Shown here piece by piece: positions 57,986-64,000 of a stretch of 64,000 bases of DNA. This stretch comes from an uncultured bacterium. GTDB lineage: Bacteria; Krumholzibacteriota; Krumholzibacteriia; LZORAL124-64-63. The notes below the pieces were generated by a model. The model was not told where the DNA came from. It did no database searches and was given only the letters and a program-made list of their open reading frames with translations. Each line of letters opens with the position of its first letter. Position 1 is the first letter of the stretch. Made by a program: the position numbers and the translations under genes. The DNA is taken from NCBI GenBank assembly GCA_963732385.1, contig CAVSZB010000008.1, forward strand, positions 320,001-384,000, given 5' to 3'.

Positions 57986-59503
57986 TCAGTCGGCCGCGGG
58001 GCCAGGGCCGGGCGCCAGCGGCAGGCTGAAGCGGAAACAGGCCCCCTCGCCGGGACGACTTTCGACATCCAGCCGGCTGCCGTGTCCCTCGATGATGCGC
58101 GAGACGATGGCCAGGCCGAGACCCGAGCCGTGGGTCTGGCCGCCCCGGCTGGGGTCGGCGGTATAGAAGCGGTCGAAGATGTGCGGCAGATGTTCGGCGG
58201 CGATGCCGCGGCCCGTGTCGCTCACTTCGGTGAGCACGCCGTCCGCGGTGGCGCGCAGCGTCAACGTGACGGAGCCGCCCGCGCGATTGAACTTGATCCC
58301 GTTCTCGATCAGGTTCTGCAGCACCTGGCCGATGCGCAGCGGGTCGGCGCGCACCGGCGCCAGTTCCGCGGGCAGGTCGCACCGCAGCGCGACGCGCCGC
58401 TCGGCGGCGATGGTCTCGCTGCGCGCGATAACCTCGTGGCACAGTTCCGGAAGCGAGAAGTCCTCGACGCGGAACTCCGCCTGCCCGGCGTCGAGGCGCG
58501 ACAGCTCCAGCATCCGTCCGACCAGTCGTTCGAGGATATCCACGTTCGATCGGAGCACCGCCAGATAGCGGTTGCGCTGTTCGGTCGGGAGGGTGTCGCC
58601 GCGCAACTCGAGCGTCTCCACATAACCGCGCAGGCTGGCCAGCGGCGTGCGCAGGTCGTGCGAAAGGTTCCCCAGAAGCTGACGCTGGAACTCCTCCGAC
58701 ATGCGCAGTTGTCCGATCAGCGCGGCGAGGTGGTCGGCCATGGCGTTGAAATCGCGGCTCAGCCGTCCCAGCTCGTCAGCGGAGCGGTCCGGCACACGAC
58801 GCGTGTAGTCCCCCTCGCGGAAGGCCGCCAGCCCCGCGGAAAGCGCCGCGATGCGCCGGCTGATCCAGGCCATCAGGATCACGCCGCTGAGGGCGGAGAA
58901 CAGCAGGATCACCGCCGCCGCCTGCAGTGCGAGATGGCGTGTCGTGCGCTCGATTTCCCCCTCCTGGATGCTCACCGGGCGAAAACTGCCCACCAGATAG
59001 CCGGCGGGCCGGGCAGTGTCGGCATCGCCGGCGGAGCGTATTTTCGCCACGGCGAAGATCCGATTCTCGAAGGCGTCCACGTCATAAGGGTTGGGAAAGG
59101 ATTCGAAATCCCACTTCTTCAGGCACATCGAGTCGAGGAGCGCCGGGCTGACGCGCAAGAGCACGCGCGAGAGACTGTCGGGGCGCGACGAGGCGACGAT
59201 GGCGCCGTCGGCATCCAGCAGCGAGATCTCCGCCTGGTAGAGGCGCACCCGGTCGCCGTATCCCACCAGGATGCTGTCGAGGTCGGCGGGGATCGGCAGG
59301 TGGACAGGCAGCAGACGCGCCAGGCTGTCGAGTTCGGTCTTGCTGATCCTGTCGTACCAAGTGTCCTGGCCCGGCACCGAGTCGGCCTTGAAGACCGTGT
59401 TGTCGATCCAGAAGTAGTAGCCGACGGCGAACAGCGCCATCAGACCCAGGAACAGGGACGAGATACGGAAGTGCAGCGATCGCGTGAAACGGGGCAGGGG
59501 CAT
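57986..59503 (-). CDS. Membrane HAMP sensor histidine kinase
   Basis: Two TMs, DELGRLSRDFNAM, SHDLRTPL, NLIENGIKF, DTGRGI, GSGLGL. Confidence 0.95.
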   Translation of the reverse strand: MPLPRFTRSLHFRISSLFLGLMALFAVGYYFWIDNTVFKADSVPGQDTWYDRISKTELDSLARLLPVHLPIPADLDSILVGYGDRVRLYQAEISLLDADGAIVASSRPDSLSRVLLRVSPALLDSMCLKKWDFESFPNPYDVDAFENRIFAVAKIRSAGDADTARPAGYLVGSFRPVSIQEGEIERTTRHLALQAAAVILLFSALSGVILMAWISRRIAALSAGLAAFREGDYTRRVPDRSADELGRLSRDFNAMADHLAALIGQLRMSEEFQRQLLGNLSHDLRTPLASLRGYVETLELRGDTLPTEQRNRYLAVLRSNVDILERLVGRMLELSRLDAGQAEFRVEDFSLPELCHEVIARSETIAAERRVALRCDLPAELAPVRADPLRIGQVLQNLIENGIKFNRAGGSVTLTLRATADGVLTEVSDTGRGIAAEHLPHIFDRFYTADPSRGGQTHGSGLGLAIVSRIIEGHGSRLDVESRPGEGACFRFSLPLAPGPGPAAD

Positions 59504-59513
59504 GGTGCTCCGG

Positions 59514-60230
59514 TCAGAAATCCTCGCTGAAGCGATAGCCGATACCCCAGACCGTCAGGATCAGCTCCGGCCGGTTGGGGTCCGCCTCGATCTTGCCCCG
59601 CAGGCGGTTGATGTGGGAGTTGACCGTGTGCTCGTAGACGTCGGAGTCCTGGTTCCAGACCAGATCGAGCAGCTGGCGTCGCGAGAATGTGCGGCCGGGT
59701 CGCGCGGCCAGCGTGTGGAGCAGGTCGTACTCCTTGACCGTCAACTGCACCGGCTGGCCCTTCACCGTGACCTTGCGCATGCCGGGGTCGATGCGCAGGG
59801 GGCCCAGTTCGATCAACCTTTCCCGGTCGCCGCCGCCGGCCAGTTCAGCCGCGCGCTCGATGCGCCGCCGCAGCACCTTGATGCGCGCGGTCAGTTCGCG
59901 CACGCTGAACGGCTTGGTCATATAGTCATCGCAGCCCAGCTCGAGGCCGAGCACCTTGTCGGCCTCCTCGCCACGTGCCGTCAGCATGAGGACCGGGGTC
60001 AGGCCGTCGCGCTCGCGGATGTACCGCAGCACGTCGACCCCCGACAGTCCCGGCAGCATCCAGTCCAGGATGACCAGAGCCCACGGACCGTCCGCGAACG
60101 CGACCAGCGCGGTCGGCCCGTCGGTCGCCGCGGTCACCGTGTAGCCTTCGCTCTCGAGGTGCAGACGCACCAGTTCCACGAGATCGCGGTTGTCTTCGAT
60201 GATCAGGATCCTGCGCAGCGGCCCGTTCAC
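59514..60230 (-). CDS. OmpR/PhoB-family response regulator
   Basis: ILIIED, LDWMLP, MLTAR, DDYMTKPF, winged helix VNSHINRLR...TVWGIGY. Confidence 0.96.
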   Translation of the reverse strand: MNGPLRRILIIEDNRDLVELVRLHLESEGYTVTAATDGPTALVAFADGPWALVILDWMLPGLSGVDVLRYIRERDGLTPVLMLTARGEEADKVLGLELGCDDYMTKPFSVRELTARIKVLRRRIERAAELAGGGDRERLIELGPLRIDPGMRKVTVKGQPVQLTVKEYDLLHTLAARPGRTFSRRQLLDLVWNQDSDVYEHTVNSHINRLRGKIEADPNRPELILTVWGIGYRFSEDF

Positions 60231-60285
60231 GTGGTGTTCCCTCCGCGGTAAGGCGAGTGCGGCGCCGAGGCTGCGGAACCTCCCA

Positions 60286-60303
60286 ATTATATCACCTATA
60301 TCA
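60286..60303 (-). promoter_or_regulatory. Extended -10 promoter candidate for the response regulator/kinase operon
   Basis: Minus strand TGATATAGG-TGATATAAT: TGnTATAAT within a 9-bp-period direct repeat, about 55 nt upstream of the start in a GC-rich background. Confidence 0.45.
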
Positions 60304-60391
60304 TCGTGCGCCGCGGTCGGAACTGCAAAGCCGCGCCACGGGCCGCCGCGACGCTCCGCGCTTCATGAACAGAAAAACCAACTTGCCGTGA

Positions 60392-60578
60392 CGGAATCGT
60401 GAAGTATTGGCGCTTCAATCGATTCCGGTCCGGGCCCCCGGCCAAGGGAACGCGTGGTCGGCGTCCGCCGACGTTGTGGACGCCGCGCCCGGACACCACA
60501 AGCCTCCGGAACCGGACTGCGCTTTGGTTTCGGAGTTGGGGCTCGGGGTTGCCGGCGGGGGTGACCCCGAGCTTCTTG
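60392..60578 (+). ncRNA. Candidate structured cis-regulatory leader RNA ending in a terminator-like hairpin
   Basis: Consecutive helices including a three-way junction; non-Watson-Crick positions are G-U on the + strand. No known family recognised. Confidence 0.4.
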
Positions 60579-60686
60579 CTGTCCAGGCATGCCCCCTGCA
60601 CCTGCCGCCTTGGGAGAAGCGCTGCTCGGCCCGGTCCGAAACGGACCCGGACGATAGCCCGGCGCGCCTCCCAGGGGGGGGATCGC

Positions 60687-62432
60687 ATGCCGATCGGTGG
60701 CTCGAAGCCCCTCGGGCAGAGACTGCTCGAGCGTGGCCTGATCACGGAAGCCCAACTGCAGCAGGCCCTTGCGCACCAGCGGCTCACCGGGAAGTACCTC
60801 CGCCAGGTGCTTCTCGACGAGCGACTCGTGGACGAGGACGCCTTCCTCAAGTTCTACGAGGAGGACCTCTCCATCCCAGTGGTGGATCTGGCCGACTATG
60901 CCATCGACCGGGAAATTCTTGCCCTCGTGCCAGCCGAGGTTTCCCGCCGTTGTCGCGCGCTGCCGCTGTTCCGGGTCGGCCAGACCCTCACGGTGGCGGT
61001 CGAGGATCCTTTCGACATGCTCGCCCTCGATGAACTGCGGTCGCTGACCGGCTGCGACATCGAAACGTGCGCCTGTCGTCGGCGCGACCTTGACGGCGCG
61101 CTCGCCTCCGCCCACGGCGGCGCCGCCGCGGAGGCCCAGGCGGAGGCGGCGGAAACGCTCGGTCGCGAGCAGGACATCACGGCCTTCGTGCAGGAGGTGC
61201 TCGAGGCAGCCTGCGCGCGCGGCTCCAGCGACATCCACTTCGAGGCCGACGAGACGACGCTGCGCGTGCGCGTGCGGATCGACGGCATCCTGCGCGAACT
61301 GGCGCGCAAACCGGTGGCCATGCACGGCCCCGCCGTCTCGCGCGTGAAGATCCTCTCCGATCTGGACATCGCCGAGAAACGCCTGCCGCAGGACGGCCGG
61401 TTCCAGACCGAACTGCAGGGCCGCCCCTTCGACGTGCGCGTTTCCACCTTCCCCACGATCCACGGCGAATCGGCCGTGCTGCGGCTGCTCGACAAGAAGG
61501 GCGGCCTGATTCCGCTCGATGAGATCGGCATGGCGCCGCGGGAGTACCTGTGGCTGCGGCAGGCCATCCGCAAACCGAACGGGATCCTGCTGGTTACCGG
61601 CCCCACCGGCAGCGGCAAGACCACCACGCTGTACTCCATTCTCAGCGCGATCGCGAACCCCGAGGTCAACATCGCCACGCTCGAGGATCCCGTGGAGTAC
61701 CAGCTGCCGCTGGTGCGTCAGTCGCAGGTGAACGAGGACATCGGCTTCACCTTCGCCTCCGGACTGCGCTCGCTCATGCGCCAGGATCCGGACGTGATCC
61801 TCGTCGGCGAAATTCGCGACCGCGAGTCGGCCGAAATCGCCATCCGCAGCTCCATGACCGGCCACCTCGTCATGTCCACCCTGCACACGAACGACGCCGT
61901 GGGTGCCGTGGCGCGGCTGATGGACATGGAAGTCGATCCGCTGCTGCTGGCCTCATCGCTGCTGGGAGTCATCGGTCAGCGGCTGGTGCGGCGGCTCTGT
62001 CCGCAGTGCCGGACCGCGCTGCCCGAACCGGAGACGAATCCGCACTTCGCCCGGCTGCAGAAAGCCTGGGACGAGATGCGGCGCGGCGCGCAGGGCGAAT
62101 CGCCGCACATCTGCCGGCCGCACGGCTGTCAGCACTGCAGCCAGAACGGGTACCGGGGGCGCGCCGCGATCTACGAGACGCTGGCGGTGAGCGACGAGAT
62201 CGAGGCGGCCATCGGTCGGCGCGCTCCGGCCGCGGAGATCCGCGCGCGCGCGCGCGCCAGCGGCATGACCGATCTCGCCGAAGATGGCTGGCGCAAGGTG
62301 TTGCGCGGCGTGACCTCCATCGAGGAGGTCGTGCGCGTGGCGCGGTTGTCCGAGGAGGACGCGGATGGCGGGATCGACGCGATGCCGGATCAGCTCGCGG
62401 TCGAGACCCTGGGACACAGCCTGATGAAGTGA
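60687..62432 (+). CDS. Type IV pilus / type II secretion assembly ATPase (PilB/GspE/MshE family)
   Basis: N-terminal LGQRLLERGLITEAQLQQALAHQ (MshEN-like), SDIHFE, RLPQDG, TGPTGSGKTTT, EDPVEY, RQDPDVILVGEIRD, STLHTN, CxxC...CxxC. Confidence 0.95.
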   Translation: MPIGGSKPLGQRLLERGLITEAQLQQALAHQRLTGKYLRQVLLDERLVDEDAFLKFYEEDLSIPVVDLADYAIDREILALVPAEVSRRCRALPLFRVGQTLTVAVEDPFDMLALDELRSLTGCDIETCACRRRDLDGALASAHGGAAAEAQAEAAETLGREQDITAFVQEVLEAACARGSSDIHFEADETTLRVRVRIDGILRELARKPVAMHGPAVSRVKILSDLDIAEKRLPQDGRFQTELQGRPFDVRVSTFPTIHGESAVLRLLDKKGGLIPLDEIGMAPREYLWLRQAIRKPNGILLVTGPTGSGKTTTLYSILSAIANPEVNIATLEDPVEYQLPLVRQSQVNEDIGFTFASGLRSLMRQDPDVILVGEIRDRESAEIAIRSSMTGHLVMSTLHTNDAVGAVARLMDMEVDPLLLASSLLGVIGQRLVRRLCPQCRTALPEPETNPHFARLQKAWDEMRRGAQGESPHICRPHGCQHCSQNGYRGRAAIYETLAVSDEIEAAIGRRAPAAEIRARARASGMTDLAEDGWRKVLRGVTSIEEVVRVARLSEEDADGGIDAMPDQLAVETLGHSLMK

Positions 62433-62442
62433 GGCGCCCGTC

Positions 62443-63657
62443 GTGACGAACTACGCCTATCGCGCCCAGACCGTTGACGCCCGCGTCGTGCGGGGGTTCG
62501 TCGCCGCGCCGGATGCCGGAGCGGCGCTGGCGCAGATGGAGCGGATGCGCCTGCGTCCGATCGAACTGCGTCCCTACCGCGATCCGCCCTGGCGGCGGCT
62601 GGCGGTCCGCCTGCGCCGCGGCGCGCCGGCGGGCGAGAAGCTGCTGCTGTTGCGCCAGCTGCAGACGATGCTCGGCAGCGGAATTCCCCTCGTGCGCGCG
62701 CTGGCGGCGCTCGGCTCCCAGGTCGAAAACGCGCGCGTGCAGGAGATGGTGAACGCCGTCCGCGTCGACGTGGAGGGGGGCTCGACCCTGGCCGAGGCGT
62801 GCGCCCGTCAGCCGGGACTCTTCACGTCGCTGCAGGTGCAGATGGTGCGAGCGGCCGAACAGAGCGGTCTGCTGGAGGAGATGCTCGCCCGCATGGGCGA
62901 TCTGCACGAGAAGGAGATGGAGATCCAGCGCAACGTCCGGTCGGCGCTCTTCTACCCCGGGCTGGTCGTGGGCGAACTGGGACTGGCCATCGGCGTGATC
63001 CTCAAGTTCGTGTTTCCGCGCTTCGTCCAGATCTTCGCCGGCTTCAGCGCCGATCTCCCGGCGCCGACCGTGGCGCTGATCCGTCTCAGCAATGCTTTCG
63101 ATCGCTATGGCTGGCTGCTGCCGCCGCTGGCCGTGGCCATCTTCACGGGCTACCGCCTGGCGCGGCGGCGACCGCTGTTCGCTCTCGCGGCCGACCGGAT
63201 CAAGCTGCGCATCCCGCTGATGGGCCCGGTTTTCCAGAAGATCTACCTCAGCCGTTTCTCGCACCTGCTGGCCAACCTGACGGCCGCCGGCATCCCGCTC
63301 GTTGCCGCGCTGCGCCTGGGGGCCAACACGCTCGATAACACCTGGCTGCGCCGCGACGCGGTGGCCCTGCGCGAAGGGGTGGAGCAGGGCAAATCGATCG
63401 CCACGGCGATGGCGGACCTGGCCGCGTTTCCTCCCGTCTGCCGCGAAATGATCGCCGTTGGCGAGGAGAGCGGGCGGCTGGTGGAGACGCTGCGGCGCGT
63501 GAGCGAGTACTACGACAGGCAGGTCGACTTCGCGATCAAGAACCTGACCGTGGCCATCGAGCCGATCCTGCTGCTGGTGCTGGGCGTGGTCGTCCTCTTC
63601 GTCGCGCTGGCCGTGTTCCTGCCGATGTGGAATCTGATGGGAGCCATCAAGGGATGA
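62443..63657 (+). CDS. Inner-membrane platform protein PilC/GspF
   Basis: RQLQTMLGSGIPL, AAEQSG, SALFYP, MIAVGEESG, IEP, FLPM. Confidence 0.95.
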   Translation: MTNYAYRAQTVDARVVRGFVAAPDAGAALAQMERMRLRPIELRPYRDPPWRRLAVRLRRGAPAGEKLLLLRQLQTMLGSGIPLVRALAALGSQVENARVQEMVNAVRVDVEGGSTLAEACARQPGLFTSLQVQMVRAAEQSGLLEEMLARMGDLHEKEMEIQRNVRSALFYPGLVVGELGLAIGVILKFVFPRFVQIFAGFSADLPAPTVALIRLSNAFDRYGWLLPPLAVAIFTGYRLARRRPLFALAADRIKLRIPLMGPVFQKIYLSRFSHLLANLTAAGIPLVAALRLGANTLDNTWLRRDAVALREGVEQGKSIATAMADLAAFPPVCREMIAVGEESGRLVETLRRVSEYYDRQVDFAIKNLTVAIEPILLLVLGVVVLFVALAVFLPMWNLMGAIKG

Positions 63658-64000
63658 ATCGCCGCGGCTTCACCCTGATCGAACTGGCCATGGTGATCGC
63701 GATCTCGGCGATCCTCGCGGTCGTGTCCTATCCCACGCTGCGCGATCTGGGCAACTTCGGAGTGGCGGCGGCGGCGCGCGGTCTCGTCGCCGACATCCAC
63801 TTCGTCAAGAACCGGGCCATCACCACGCACACGGTCTGCGGCGTGGAGTTCAGCGCCTCCGGCGACACCTACACGCTCTTCACCGGCACGCCCGTCACGC
63901 CGTTGCAGCATCCGTTGCGTCCGGGGCAGGACTACCGCGTGAATCTCGGCGCGCAGGGCGTCGATCTGGTCGCCGCCAGTTTCGGTGGCGGAGCGCAGGT
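63654..64000 (+). CDS. Prepilin-type N-methylation protein (FimT/GspH-like), truncated by the window end
   Basis: Absent from the ORF track. MNRRG|FTLIELAMVIAISAILAVVSYP class III signal peptide; ATGA overlap with the pilC-like stop. Confidence 0.9.
   Translation, partial: MNRRGFTLIELAMVIAISAILAVVSYPTLRDLGNFGVAAAARGLVADIHFVKNRAITTHTVCGVEFSASGDTYTLFTGTPVTPLQHPLRPGQDYRVNLGAQGVDLVAASFGGGAQ

Noticed and set aside
55595..59530. 1311-aa plus-strand ORF, and similar long shadows such as 3300..7028, 30413..33016 and 50851..53559
   Set aside because: Each lies antisense to well-supported genes and has no recognisable domain.
60440..60470. AAGGGAA suggesting a cobalamin riboswitch
   Set aside because: The following GGTG/AATCC/ACTG elements and the B12 box are absent, and the downstream genes are unrelated to B12.

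Overview
Gene-dense window from a very GC-rich bacterial chromosome (about 70% or more by eye). A PorV-like barrel and an FlgD-Ig/T9SS-type C-terminal domain suggest a diderm of the FCB-related candidate phyla such as Krumholzibacteriota, Latescibacterota or Eisenbacteria (inference only). Left part: end of a polysaccharide locus (GT4, O-antigen ligase family), an RRM protein, LOG-IscS-AsnB-ACP-AMP-ligase genes, about 1 kb of gene debris, and a cheW-mcp-cheR-cheD-HDOD-cheB operon with a sigma28-type promoter but no cheA/cheY. Middle: a fused LeuC-LeuD-type dehydratase, a divergent crotonase, a sarcosine-oxidase/proline-dehydrogenase-like trio, glnA, a CRTAC1-family protein, yjbQ, corA, arfB, hemerythrin and alaS. 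Best candidate for an undescribed system (33192-46988, minus strand): a tightly coupled five-gene operon encoding a ~2,680-aa DUF11/Ig surface protein with an FlgD-Ig tail, a PorV-like barrel fused to TPRs, a membrane HAMP-PP2C-RsbW phosphatase/kinase fusion, a STAS protein and a GAF histidine kinase. Two barrel+OmpA genes (one frameshifted) are transcribed divergently from it. Right part: a rhomboid-like/MprF-synthase fusion, ada/alkA-ogt, icd, an OmpR-type two-component pair, and the start of a PilB/GspE-PilC/GspF-pilin operon preceded by a strongly structured, riboswitch-like leader. I saw no rRNA, tRNA, CRISPR array or intact mobile element. All calls come from motif recognition without database searches.
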